Positions 38,253-51,889 of a stretch of DNA of 64,000 nucleotides are shown here, one piece after another. The DNA is from Chiloscyllium plagiosum (lineage: Eukaryota), in the NCBI RefSeq assembly GCF_004010195.1, contig NC_057720.1, positions 22,390,197 to 22,454,196 of the forward strand, given 5' to 3'. The notes under the pieces are model-generated. The model did not search any database, had not been told where the DNA came from, and worked only from the letters and a program-made list of their open reading frames with translations. The position numbers and the translations under genes were made by a program. The first letter of the stretch is position 1. Every line of letters starts with the position of its first letter.

Positions 38253-40164
38253 GGTTGTGAGAGCCAATTTAGCTCTTTCTTCCTGTCCTTTTGTGTGGTA
38301 TTGAAAAGACTTGTTCAATAGTCTGTATCAAATATGGAATTCTAATAACCACTGTAAGTGTTGCATTACAGCACTGTAATTACACACAAATAAGGTAGTA
38401 GTGTTGTTAGTTCAAAAGAGAGAGAAATGGACAAACAAACAGAATAATGCCTTCACAAGGGAAAAGAAGCTGAGACTTTAAACAGCGGACCATTGAGGAA
38501 TGAGGACAGAAAAGACAGTGCATCAAGACGAATAAATTTCAATAGATCAGGAACAAAGGCAGGGTAAGAGAGATGAAGGAATTCTAGCAATGAGGCGCAG
38601 ACCGTGCAAAATAAATGTACTGTCAAAAGATATGTAATTGCACATTTGATTTGGAATTCAAAATGGAACTTGTTTTGTTATGCATATTAATAGAGCCAAA
38701 ACTAAAAAAGAAAAAGTTTTACTGATGCATTTTTTCTTTAGACTGGCACCACAATATCCGAGCATAACACAAGAGGTTTCTCAACACTAGATGACACACT
38801 TTTCATCCTATCCTAGGGGAATTGTTACAAGTGAACCTCTTTAAGGCCACAGTTGAATTTGTCAGATCCTGCCTCTGGCTTTTAATTTTGTGAGCTTCAT
38901 ATAAGCTTGAACATTTCAGATTTAAAATGTTTTTACAGGGCTTCAAATGTCACAAGGTCAACTTGTAATGTCGGAAATAGCCTTGCAAATCCATTTTTAT
39001 GACAATCTTTCTTTGTTGCTTTTAGTATCTTTGCCCTGCTGCTCTGGAAGAAAAGGAATTTAACATTGGAATTCAGATGGTGCACTACTGAATGAATTAA
39101 AAAGTCAAAAAGCAAATTGTAAGTATTCCTAACCATCAATTCCTTGGTTAATTGAATGAATGTAACTCCCAAGGACATGTTTTATTTTTTCCAATATTAT
39201 TTTGTTCAGATGTCACAAATTGAAAAATGCATATCAAAATTACATTTATTTTTAATTAATATGTGAGCTTTCCTTTGAATGCAGCTTTGTATCACAATTC
39301 AACAAGCAATTATTTTTGCAATTTTTCAACAGTAATAGTTTGAAACAAGCATCTGCATTAATAGTGTCAATATTATTTGCTGCAGTGTATATTTATATTT
39401 GAGAAGACAATAGAGAATATTATTTATAGAGTCTTCAAAAATATAAATAATCATTGCCGTTTACAAGGTCAGACAACAAATTTGATGTTTTTGTGCATGG
39501 ACCTTGCAATAAAATCATATGTATATAGAGAGTAGTTGTTGTAAATGCCACCTATATTGCAATGGGAGCTCTTATAGTTTCTGCAGCTCGAACGTACACT
39601 GTGTAAAGACTAACCCAAGAGGCATCCAAATGATTCTCTCAATGACTAATTGCAAATGCATCTTTCCCATTTTATTTATTTTTAATACCATTTAAAACAA
39701 TTCCAGGTTTTATAAGACTTAGACTTCAGAAAGTGAAACTGTTGGAGAGGAAGACACATGAATAGAAAAGGTTTACAGGGACATGGACCAAATACAGGCA
39801 AGTGGGATTAGTTAATTTTAGGATATCATGGATGAGCTGGACTGAAGTGCTATATAACTTTATGACTCTACAATTCTATGACTCTAAGTACAGCTAGAAA
39901 CAGACAATGAGCATTGTAGCTATGCCATCCAAAAAAACATTTTTCTATGGCTAATACATTTACAGATGTGTGTTCTCAACACCATTACTAAAAATAGCTC
40001 CCCTAATCCAACTCTGTGTGCACAGTTCTACTCATGACAACAGCTTCTCATTGGGAAGATAAGGAGTTGTGATGAAGAATCGCTTGTTGGAAGGAAGTCT
40101 TCAGGAGCACTCCCAAAATATTTAGGACGTCCATGTTGGACATCAAGCATCAATACAAGATCTA

Positions 40165-41085
40165 CAACAGAAGCAAGCCGTTCAGCCCACCGAGTCTGCT
40201 CCACCATTCAATGTGATCATGGCTCATCTGATAACCTTCAACTCTAATTTCCTGTCTTTTCTTCATAACCCTTGATTCCCTTATTGATTTCAAATCTGTC
40301 TATCTCAGCCATGAATATATCAATGACACAGCCTTAACACCTCCCTTTGGTAAAGAATTGCACAGATTCACTACCTTCTGAGAGAAAAGTACCCTTGTTA
40401 TCTTTTGCATAAAAGGGGAATGTCTTATTCTGAGTTTGCACCTTCTAGTCTCGGACCCTTCCACATGGGGAAACGATCTTTTCACAAGACCTGGATGTTT
40501 CAGTATGGTTGCGTCTCATTTTCCTGAACTCATCGCTCAATCCTTTGAGGATAGGAGTTGGGAATTCATGTTGCAGTTGCATAAGACATTGGTGAGGCTT
40601 TTTCTAGAGTACTGTGTCCAGTTCTGGTCACCCAGTTATAGAAAGGATATTATTAAGCTGGAGATGTTTAAAAAGAGATTTAACAGGGTGTTGCCAGGTG
40701 TGGAGATTTGAGTTATAAAGAAAGGCTGGATGGACTGGGATCTTTTTCCACTGGTGAGGAGGAGGCTTGAGAGGTGACCTTATGGATGTTAATAATATCA
40801 TGAGGCCCTAGGATGGGGGATTTCAAGACCAGGTGACACATTATTAAGGTGAGAAAAGAGAGATTTAGAGGCATTTTTTTACACAGGGGGTGGTTCTCAG
40901 GTGAATAAACATCCTGAGCAAGTAGTATATGTGCGCACAGTTACAACATTTAATAGACATTTGGATAAGTACATGGATAGGAAAGGTTTGGAGGGATATG
41001 GGGCAGGAGCAGACAGGTGTGACGAGTTTAGTTTAGGAGTAAGTTTGGCATGGGCTGTTTCCATGCTGTATGACTCTATGACTAT
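40165..41085. mobile_element. Adjacent or nested CR1 fragments (minus ~40165-40500; plus ~40535-41085)
   Basis: FSQKVVNLCNSLP on the minus strand; LHKTLVRLFLEYCVQFWSPSYRKD and a (ATGACTCT) tail on the plus strand. Confidence 0.85.
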
Positions 41086-41514
41086 AAGTGTAGGACCAAC
41101 CTACTAAACGTCTTCTCATAAGACAATCTCTCCATAGCAGGGATTAGCCTAGTGGACTGCCTTCAATGCCAGTGTACTTTTCCTCAGAAAATCCCAGGGC
41201 CCATTCCAAGCCACATGCGGTCCACACCCATGGACATAGACATCTGACATGTGCCAGCCTCTAAGAACCCTCATAGCACATTTGATGCATTTGCAATACA
41301 TTTCTGTACTTCAATGATTCACCATGGCAACTACTATTTTAGTGCTGGAGTAAGGGTACTTCATGCTCAGGGACACACACTGAGATCATGGACTGGACCA
41401 GGTTATCTCTTTGGCCTGGTTGCTTATTTTCTTAGCAGATACCCAGTTTGAGCTTACATGGATGCTCACAGAATCACTGCGTTGACTTTTAGTATCTTGC
41501 CCCCTTAGCCAGAG

Positions 41515-43043
41515 ATACTGGCCTCATTATACTGATGCATTGAAAGGCTGGTCATGGCATTAATCAACTCCAGATTAGAGTGGTGCTGGAAAAGCACAGC
41601 AGGTCAGGCAGCATCCGAGGAGCAGGAAAATCGATATTTCAGGCAAAAGTCCTTCATCAGGAATGAGGCAGGGAGCCTCTGGGGTGGAGAGATAAATGGG
41701 AGGGGGTTGGGGCTGGGAGAAGGTAGCTAAGAGTACAATAGGTAGTCAGGACGTGATTGAAGAGCTTGAGGGCAGAGGAGATGGCCTGGGGGTTGCAGAG
41801 ACTCACTGAAATCCTTGTAGAGAGAGGAGGAGAACTCCTTCAAGATAGGCATCTTTGCAAGAGGATTCGCCAGTATCAACTCCATTAATCATTTCGCCAT
41901 GAATCAACTCCAGAATTTGCCAGATCCACATCAGATGCATTATCACTTGCCCTTTATGCCTCCCTAGAATGTCTTCACACCAAGAACAGGCTACAGAAGA
42001 ATCCTACTCATTGACTACAGTTCAGCCTTCAACACTATTATCCCTTCGAGACTGCTTACTAAACTTACTGATCTCAGACTAAGCCCCACTCTCTGCAACT
42101 GAATCCTCAGTTTCCTGACCCACAGGCCATTATCAGTGAAGATTGGAGACAATATTTTATTCTCACTAACTCTCAACACTGGAGACCCCAGAGGTGCGTA
42201 CTCAGCCCCCGCATCATATACCCATGACTGTGTCGCCAAATACCAGACAAGTGCCATTTACAAGTTCACTGATGACACCAGCATAGTCGGTCGAATCTCA
42301 GATAGTGACGAAGCAGACAGGAGATGAAAGGCCTAGAAAAATGGTGCATTGAGAACAACCTAGCTATCAATGCCAGCAAAACCAAAGAACTCATTATTGA
42401 CTTTTGGTGGGATGCTACTCGTGCCCCCCTACACATAACAACATAGAGGTGGAATGAGTGAAGACTGTCAAGCTCCTGGGAGTGGTCATCCACAACAAGC
42501 TTTCTTGGACTCTTCATGTGAATGCACCGGTGTCTTCTTCCTCAGGCAGCTGAGGAAATTTGGCATGACGGTAAATACACTTGCCAACATTTATAGGCAC
42601 ACTATCAAGAGCATTCTGTCCAGATGTATCACCACCTGGGATGGCAACTGTACCATTCAAGATCAATGATGGTTACAAGGAGTGGTGAACTCAACCCAGA
42701 CAATTACAAAGGCCATCTACCAGACCCGTTGTCAAGGAAAGGCCGCCAGCATTCTTAAAGATACATCCCACCCTGTCAATGTTTTTCTACAACTTCTACT
42801 ACTGGGAAGAAGGTACAGAAGCATGTACACGCACACATCATCAGCTTTCCAAAATAGTTTCTACCCGACTGTTGTTAGAATGCTAAATGGACTCTCAAAC
42901 TCTTTACATTTGCCTGTACCTGTGTTTTAGTTTTTGCCGCTGTTTACCTATTATTTACTGATCTATGCTACTTAACTCTGTGATCTGCCTGTGTAGCTCG
43001 CAAGACAAAGCTTTTCACTGTGTCTCGGTACACGTGACAATAA
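41515..43043 (+). mobile_element. Rex1/Babar-type LINE RT relic with 3' tail
   Basis: [11 protein letters not shown] (~42013), LNTGDPRG (decayed NTGAPQG), KFTDDTSIVG, FFLRQLRKF and AFQNSFYPT. 3' end GTGACAATAAA(TTCAA)n. Confidence 0.82.
41573..41874 (-). mobile_element. Penelope-like terminal repeat plus internal piece, inserted in the Rex/Babar relic
   Basis: Matches 22180-22370. Flanked by ATCAACTCCA at 41563-41572 and 41875-41884. Confidence 0.8.
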
Positions 43044-43549
43044 ATTCAATTCAATACAATTCATTGTTTTGCCATTTAGCACAGACACAAAACCAGGACA
43101 CTTGTCAGGGTGGTTAGCAGTCCTTTGTGAAGTCAAGGGAGATAGACCTTACTCAGCAGCTTCTGTCACGCTAAGCCCGCAGCCTCCAATTCCAGGCCAA
43201 GAGTCAGCTACCCAGGGTAATCAGAGTCTGGATCCTCTCCTTATAAAAGGTGAAGAACCAAATGTCAGGCAGCACACCACCTGTCTTAAGTCTTTTTGCT
43301 CTGCTGTGGGCTGTTTTCCTGTTGGAATGAGAAAGAGGCAGGTGTGAAAGAGAGATGAAAATCGGTGCCACAGCTGTTACTGTTGGTGCAGGTGAGATGG
43401 TGTGTTCAGGAAATTTAGTTGGCATGCAGGATTGGTGTTATAGGGTGGTGAGAGTGAGCGAGGGAAGATGTTGCAGGCAATTGTGAGAGTGGTAGAGCTT
43501 GGTGGATGCAGTTGCAGAGTTAGAGTGAGTAAAAGGTGTTGGAGAATTA

Positions 43550-43795
43550 GTGCCACTTACACTGGCAGAGAGGAGAATGTCATTGACCCCCTTACTAAAG
43601 TGCTGTGCATTCCTCCAGACAGCTGAGACTGACTCGGGTGGCAACCTCTCACAAGGCTGGTGTTGTGTCCTCCACTGCCCATGTTAATGGAAGAGGTTGC
43701 CCCACCTCTGCACCATCGCCTCAAACTCAATTCCCCAGGTCACTGCCCACAAAGAGGGATGCCAATTTTCAAGCAATGGCAGGAGCCATGTCAGG
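43550..43795 (-). mobile_element. Harbinger-like transposon Myb/SANT gene exon relic
   Basis: Minus strand reads ..EVATRVS..AVWRNAQHFSKGVNDILLSAS followed by GTAAGT, resembling the Myb/SANT helix-3 pattern (QC.K..NDL). A related copy lies at 54371. Confidence 0.5.
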
Positions 43796-45326
43796 ATTAA
43801 TAGCACTTGTCCAAGTGCACAATGGTCTTTTGAAGATGGTGTACTTGCCAGTGTTTCCAGTCCAATCCAGGATTTCCATCAGTTGCAAGGAGTAGAAAGG
43901 AATTAGAGTTGGACAAATTACGCACCATATGGATGGGGTGGATAATGAATTAGGTGCTTTTGATAAGATGTGATGTGAAAATTTGTTAGGCTTTACAGAG
44001 GAAAGTCCTTTATGAAACTCAACAAAACTGACACTTAACCAAAAAAAATATATGTTTCACCGCAGAGCTGTTCCACCCAACACCACTGTCTTGTATATCA
44101 TCTTCTTGTGTTTTCACCATCTTTCAGCATTTTGAAAACCTATCTCCTTTCATCTACTTTTCTCCCATGCAAACAAATTCCATTCAGAAAGTCTCTCCAC
44201 ATTAATTTAGATCCTTCTATCTTGAATCATATTTGCTGTTCTTCTTTGAAATTTCTTTACCATATAAATAGCTCTATGAAGACAGAATAATCTAAAGTGC
44301 ACAAACTGTTCCAAATATGGTCTCATTGATAATGTATTCATGGTCTGAATAACTTGAGCTGACATGATAATTGAATAGCCAATATGCACAGACATATCAT
44401 TTTCCTTTTCTACTTTATTAATGGATAACATTTCATTCTGTTCAAGATTATGTGCCCAGTGCCACTGAGTCATTTCTGATGTTTAGCTACTTAATTTCTG
44501 CATATCTTTGAATGCTATCATTCTTTTATATACTAGCCAGTTGCCTACATGACTTTGTTTTAGTACATATTGGAAATATATATATTTGACTGGATCTGAA
44601 ATTTACTCAGTTTTCACTTAATCAAAATTGAATATGAAGAGATAATTTACTGCTTCCAGTTTATATTTCCATCTTTTTCATTTTTCATGTTGCTTTTTAC
44701 ATTGGTTTAAATTCATATTGTTGTTATCTAAAAGATTCCTTTCAAAGTCCATATGAATTGGAGATTTAATACAAAAGGGGCGGTTTCCTATAATAATTAT
44801 TAAAGCCTTTAACAAAGGAAATATTTGTACAAACACTCAATTCATGAATCAAATAGATATGCTAATATCTCTCTGAGCAATAATCAATATTCACCATTTT
44901 TGAAGTTTAGCAAACTGACTTGTACTAAGGTGTGTTTATCATTGTTTTCAAACTTAGTTTGGAAATGAACAATCTGAACAGCTGCTGAATGAAAACAATG
45001 GAGCCAACATTCCAAACCCATTCATACAAAGAAAGGATACCAGTTATTTTGGATAAACAATGTCACCCTGAAATAAAAGCTGTGAAGAAAATTGAAATGT
45101 GGAATAGGGGAGCTACATCAAGAATTATAGAAAAAAAGGTACAGGAAGCTCAAGAAGTTAGTACTTTTAACACATCTTGGAGGGAGATTAAAGGTCAGAG
45201 TAAATCATTTTAATAATATATAAACAGAGAGACTGAGACATTGGTCATTGAAAGGTGAATGCAGGTTGGACTACAATAGTTAATTGTTATAGTGGAGGCT
45301 GTGGACAAGATACCAGTGGTACAAGG

Positions 45327-45499
45327 TAAAAACAATGACTACAGATGCTGGAAACCAGAGTTTAGATTAGAGTGGTGCTGGAAAAGCACAGCAGTTCAGG
45401 CAGCATCCGATGAAGGGCTTTTGACCGAAACGTCGATTTTACTGCTCCTCAGATGCTGCCTGAACTGCTGTGCTTTTCCAGCACCATTCTAATCTAAAC
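45327..45499. mobile_element. Palindromic mini Penelope-like insertion with 16-bp TSD
   Basis: TSD TACCAGTGGTACAAGG at 45311-45326 and 45500-45515. Inverted arms at ~45359-45407 / 45452-45500. Confidence 0.88.
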
Positions 45500-45849
45500 T
45501 ACCAGTGGTACAAGGCAACCTAAGGGTAAATGACAATGGATCGATACAAACAGGGCTTTAGACACAATGGTGAGAGTGAACACTTTCCATACTGAGGCAT
45601 CTTTATGATCCTCCATCTATATTGCATTCTACATCTCTTTATTTGGATAGAACTCCTCAGGAATGTCATTGAGGCAAGCACGGACTTGTATACAAATGGA
45701 GTTGGAAATCAAAAATGAACATTTCAAGATTATGACCTTCTGATGTTTTTTTTTTAATCTCCAATGCTATCTGACCCAATGAAAACACAGTTCCAACATG
45801 TTTAATTTTGTTTTATATCTAATACACTCTATGTTTCCTCATCTCACTG

Positions 45850-47000
45850 ATGCAGCTTCAATATAGCCGAGAACCAAGCACTTTCAGAAAGTCAATGGTT
45901 TCAGCCTGCCAACCTAAAAGTGGCTTGTTTATTCCTGCTGTTTTCTGTCCACTAGCTAACCCTCAATCCATACTCTTACATTATTCCCTCCAGCCTTAAC
46001 TCTGTGCAACCTCTTGTGTGACATCTTTTTGAAATTCTAAATATACAAATCCCCTGGTTTCCCTTTATCTACCCAGCTAGCCATTCCCCAGCTAGCCAGA
46101 ACCTCTCAAACTCTAACAGACATGATTATATTTTTATGTACTGTCCCATGTTGATTCTGGCCAGTCATAATCTGATTTACTTAAAGTCCTCTGTTACCCT
46201 CTAAACTGCGCTGTAGCAACTTAGACTAATAGCACCTTGTTTTCTATCTTCCTCCTTTCTTGAATAGCAAACCGATATTTTCAAATTTCCAATCCATAGG
46301 CAGTGATTCATGGGACTGGAGAAATTAATGGGACTAAAAGTTGATCAGATCATAGGACCTGATATTCTGCATCCAGCAAGAGGTGGCTACATAGAGTTGA
46401 TGTATTGGTGATTATCTTCCAAAATTCTCAGGTTCTGAAGTACATCCTATAGATTGGAAAGTAGTAAATGTCACCACAAGTTTTAAAAAGGGAATGAGAC
46501 ATCACAGAATTACAGAACCGTTAGCTTTATACCAATGGTAGAGAAACTGCTAGAATCTGTTGTAAAAGATGAGCTAAAAGGACACTTGGATAATAATGTT
46601 CTGTGTGCATGTAGACAGCATAGATTGGTGAATGGGAACTCATGTTTGATGATTTTGTTAGCGACTTTGAGGATGTGAGGAACAAAATTGATCAAGGAGA
46701 AGCAATGAGAACAGTTAGTGCTGAAGATGAGTCATACCAGACCGAAACGTTAACTCTGTTTCTCTCTCCACAGATTCTGCCAGACCTGTTGAGTTTCTCC
46801 AGTGTTTCTCTGTGTTTGTTTCAGTACTTGCAACCCCAGCTGTTACATGAAGTGGGGAATACATGTAACATTTCCAAATTTGTGGAAGATACACAGCTAA
46901 GTGGGGATATCTGTTTTGTGAGGAAGATATAAATCAGCTTCAGGAGGATTTACACAGGCTTAGTGAGTGGGCAAGAACATGTCTGATGGAATATAATATA
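45850..47000. mobile_element. Diverged CR1 RT fragments (minus then plus) with a small PLE terminus at ~46718-46825
   Basis: GATTGGAAAGTAGTAAATGTCAC (DWKVVNVT), AATTACAGA.CCGTTAGC (NYRPVS-like) and SKFVEDTQL. Confidence 0.7.
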
Positions 47001-47958
47001 ATTCCTGAGCCACTAATAAATTCTAGTAGGCTCAGTGGTAAGTGGTGATAAGTGGCTCATTACTAGATGGTCTTGCTTAACATAAACAAAACAACTCATT
47101 AACCTCTAGCATTCAAAATCTTGGAACAGCTTGTCCCTGTAGCGTTCCAATTAAAAACTTTGCTGTCAATGAGTCTATATTTTTTTAAAAAACTTCCACC
47201 ATTTAGAAACATGGGAAAGAAGGATGCCATTTAGCCCTTGAATCTGTTCCACCATTTAATTAAAGCATAACTTATCTATCCATTAACCACCCACCTAGTT
47301 TCCATAATCTTTGATTCTTTCATATCAAAAAATTATGAATCTCAATTTTCAATTGACTTTGCCCTCATCAGCTTTTTATTGAGAGACAGCTCCATATTTT
47401 GCACCCAATTGGCTGTCTACAGGTTAATGTTGCTAAATATCATCTGGGGAATTGGCAGTATGAGAATCTTCAAAGTCCAGTTTGCAACACCGAATGATTC
47501 TGAATCTCAATAAGGCACTGTGTAAATCGGAAGACCCCACTGCTTGCTTAACAACCCTTTCCAGAAGTTCACAGAACAGAACTCTTAAAATTGAATCTCA
47601 GTTTTCCCTCCCTTTCATTGGGCTCTGTTGAGCCTCGGTTTTGGTCAGCCACCTTCTCCATCCCTGCAGGCATAAATTGCTTACGCATTCAGATAGCTCT
47701 CCTCTCATGCCATAGTTGTGTCCCAGCTTAATAAAAATAATAGGGTCTATGGGGTTAGGGGCAGACCAACAAAAAAATCACTCACAATCGGTCAAAAATC
47801 ACCCGAAAGTCTAACGCAAAGTATAGCACAGCCTGAATGAAGTTTGAAATCATATTTATTAATGAAACAGAAGTAAATTTAACACAGTACATTTACAAAA
47901 TGTCAGAAAGCTGCTCTCTACAGTACCTCTCACAGAGAATTGCTTTGTCAGCAGCTAA

Positions 47959-48208
47959 CATCAGCACATGCACGGCATGGGGATTGGCACATGCACAGAA
48001 TGGCATGGGGATTGGCACATGCACAGAATGGCATGGATATTTCAGTGTGACATCAGCACATGCTCAGAACGGCATGGGGATTGGCACATGCACAGAATGG
48101 CATGGATATTTCAGCGTGACATCAGCACATGCACAGAACGGCATGGGGATTGGCACATGCACAGAATGGCATGGATATTTCAGCGAGACATCGGCACATG
48201 CATAGAAC
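47959..48208. repeat. Compound minisatellite, 69-bp higher-order unit (28 + 41 bp subunits)
   Basis: CATC(A/G)GCACATGC recurs at 48051, 48120 and 48189. Core motif GCACATGCACAGAA(T/C)GGCATGG. Confidence 0.95.
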
Positions 48209-49031
48209 AAAGCGCGTGAACTGATCCCCGCTGAAATTGCGCTATTGCGAACAGAGGCAAGCATACTCCAAAATACTGTTCCCTAATTCTTCAGCGACGT
48301 TATAATTAAATTGCATTGCCAAAACATGAAGAACCTTTAGGTAGTTCTGAGGTGTCGGAATTCTCAAATCAAGTAATAAGCAAGGTGCCACAGGCAAAAT
48401 TTAAATATTCAAATGAGCTAACCTTGTATTGTAATTTATGTGCAGCAACATTCAACAATTAAGGAGCAGTTGTCCCAAAGGCACTGCATCATTCGTGTAT
48501 TTTTGACTCCATGCTCCCTACTGACTGATACACGGACTGCACTGTCTCTCCTGGCATTTGTAGCCTGTTTATTTGATCCTAATCTTTATTGTTGGGGTTC
48601 ATGGCAGTATGAAGTAAGCTACAGGGACTCAAATGAGAAAAAGAACAGACAACAAATTAAGGACAAAATTAAGGTTCAAATCTATGAGTCATACAAGACG
48701 TGCTGTAATAACGATTGTCTATGTTTGGTATTGAGAAAATGTAAAGCAGATAAAAAGCTAAAATTCTTATCAATTCAAAATGCCTTAACTAATTATGCAT
48801 CCATGTAATGTCTGTTCAGTTTGCACTTGTTTAAATAGCAGAGATGCTCATTAGCTGCAGTATATCTGTAATGCTTCAGTAAACAGTTTAATAGCTGTGA
48901 TGTTTAACCAATTTCTGGAGTCTTTGTAATTTCAGCTTTAGCAGCTCATTAATGTTTTTTTCTGACAGTGTACAGATGATTTTACTGAAATTTGACACTG
49001 TTCATCTTCTTAAATACACTTCTCCCTCCTC

Positions 49032-49057
49032 CACACACACACACACACACACACACA
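49032..49057. repeat. (CA)n microsatellite
   Basis: Directly visible. Confidence 0.95.
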
Positions 49058-49736
49058 GCCACAGTTTATACATCTATGATGAGGGACTGCTCAAATACAA
49101 ATAGAATAGTCTCTACATCTCTACAATATAGGGTTAACAAGTATTGCTTAAAAGTAATCACTGTATGTACTTTTACATATTGCAATTTTTGGCACAGTTG
49201 TACAATTTCGATTTTTTTATTGCACTGAAGTGTGGCATTATCAAGGATTTATTATTGTCGCTCAACCAATCAGAATACAGGCATTTCTTTACCACAATAA
49301 TCAGCATCACATCACCCATTAGAGAAACCTGGCAAATAAAGATAAGCAGAGCAACAGTAAAACAATGTTTGAGTAGCTATTCACATGGGAATATGGCCCA
49401 ATCATTCAAGGTCGTTAAGGAAAATTCAAAAAAAACAATGCTGAGCATTTTCTAATTAAAATGTCCTAAACAATGTTCTTAGAATTTAGTTTTTTCTAAA
49501 CTGATAAGCCATTCTCTAAATGTTTTCCTAATTTTTATTAGCCTTAATTCCTGGGGCAATAAAGTCCCAGACATGATTTTGGGGAAAGAAAATCCTTATT
49601 TTGTGCAGGAATGCTTGCAATAATGGAGGGTTTTCATGTCATTTTTACGGTTACAATTTGACTCTTTGGTGATGTAACTAAATTGTAAGGAATTTGGTTT
49701 ATTTTCCTGTGAATGAAAACAAAGTCAGCTACATGA

Positions 49737-50260
49737 GACAAAAAAAGAAGTTGCTGGAAAAGCTCAGCAGGTCTGGCAGCATCTGTGAAGAGAAATCAGA
49801 ATTTACGTTTCAGATCTGGTGACCCTTCCTCAGAACTGATATTAGCCAGCAAAATATGGTTTTATGCAGAAGATAGAATGGAGGAGGGGATAAGGAGTAA
49901 ATGATAGGTGGAGATGGAGGTCAAAGAGAGAGAACAGTTAGACAGACAAAGGAGTGGATACCGATCTGGCTAGGAGAATGAATAGCTGTTAATGGAGACT
50001 GTTAGTGGCTAATAATAGGTAGTGTGTAATGGCAAGCTATGTTATAACAAAGCTTGTTGTGTGAGGTAGGGGGCTAAGACATAGGAGAGTTCAGGCCCTA
50101 AAATTATTGAACTCCATATTGAGTCTGGAGGGCTGCAGGGTCCCCAAGTACAAAATGAGGTGTTGTTCTTTCAGCTTGCACTGAGCTTCGCTGGAGCACT
50201 GCAGCAAGCCTGAGACAGAGATGTTGGCCAGGGTACAGAGTGGTGTGTTAAGGTTGCACG
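49737..50260 (-). mobile_element. Penelope-like element 3' end (second family)
   Basis: Minus-strand CKLKEQHLILYLGTLQPSRLNMEFN (PLE endonuclease C-terminus) and terminal repeat GCTGGAAAAGCTCAGCAGGTCTGGCAGCATC. Confidence 0.8.
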
Positions 50261-51104
50261 AGAGGTATGAGTGAGTATATTGTGTCAGAACAGATGACAG
50301 GGTTAAACAATGCTTACAATTAGACATGTATAGGTCAAATGTGGGTAACGTTTTGAGAAATATATTTGTACATATAGCCATCTTGCAGTAGTCGTGTGAG
50401 ATCCACCTTTGTTGTAAGTGCTTTCATTTTATGTTGTAGCAGCCATTAAATCAATTGCATGAAACATGATATTAGAAATGTGAAGTTGAGATTGAGTGAA
50501 TTTTCTGAACAGCGCAGGAGCAGCTACTATAAAATAAATAGATACCCATGAAGAATTAAAACTGTACCCCTGCAATTTTGAATTGCTGGGTGAGTCAGAA
50601 TGGCTGTGAATTTTCCCAATCCTGCTGTTGTGGAAATGAAAGGAGCTATGAGAGAGAATTGGAGTGTCCCTTCCACACATAACATAACTGCAGAATTGAT
50701 TAAAAGATTGAGCAGATAAGTTTATCAACCCTGTTATCGGTCCTGAGGATAGCATGCTAGAAGCTGTATTGCACTAAAACTAACTGAGGAATGATGAATC
50801 CATACAGTAAAGATTTTGAAAGCTTTGAAAATATACTTTCAACTTTCTATTAGTGTTGCTTCTGAATGGTACGTGCTCAACATCACAGAATGGGGAAACA
50901 GGGAACCTTGATCAGTCTAACCTGACACATCTTGCTGAATCATGAGAGTCTGAACAACTGACAGCTAGTGTCATCAGAGATATGGTTATTACAGGTACAA
51001 ACAATCCTGCTGTGAGTGACATCTGCTGAGAGGGAGGAAACACATTATCAGGGAAGCTACCAACATGTGTAGAATCCCTGAAATGATCAATCATCAGCTA
51101 ATAT

Positions 51105-51425
51105 GGGTGGCACAGTGGCTCAGTGGCTAGCACTGCTGCCTCACGGCATCAGGGACCCAGGTTTGATTCCTGCCTCGGGAAACTGTCAGCGTGGAGTTTG
51201 CACATTCTCTCCGTGCCTGTACAGGTTTCCTCCGGGTGCTCCGGTTTCCTCCCACAGTCCAAAAATACGTTGGTCAGGTGAATTGGCTGTGCTAAATTGC
51301 CAATCGTGTGAGATCCATTAGTCGGGGTAGGGGAATGGGTCTGGGTGGGTTACTCTTTGGAGGGGCAGATGTGGACTTGTTGGGTCAAAGGGCCTGTTTC
51401 TATACTGTAGGGAATCTAATCTAAT
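51105..51425 (+). mobile_element. HE1-type SINE
   Basis: Head, V-domain and tail. Confidence 0.9.
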
Positions 51426-51889
51426 CATAATATATATCAAAGGGTAAATGGATGAGGGTTTGCATTATGTTGAGAGACAGTCCATGCCAAACAAAGACAA
51501 CATATTGGGAAAAATGTGAGATTCTTACAGAAAAGCCAGCATAAGGATCAAGGCCAGGAGACAGAATATAAATAACTTGGAAAACTGAGGTAATTTTTTC
51601 AATAAGCATGAATAGCAAGAGATGATCTTGGATGCGAAGAAGTAGAATTATATTCATAGAGGTAAGAAATAACAAGATGAAGCAGACACTGTTGGGAACA
51701 AAAACAGAAATTGCTCAAAAAAGCTCAGCTGGTCTGGCAGATTCTGTGGAGAGACTACCAGACTTCTTTGACCTCTTGGCCTACCAACACAATGAAACAG
51801 CTACTAATGAACCAAAAGGACCCTGTACCAACAACCAGCAAATCAAATGTCATATACACATCCAAATAATTTATATAAATGACACCAGT

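Noticed and set aside
47837..48264. Repetitive-peptide ORFs or a CRISPR-like periodic array
   Set aside because: A plain minisatellite with no unique spacers in a eukaryotic intron. The open frames follow from the stop-free 69-bp unit.
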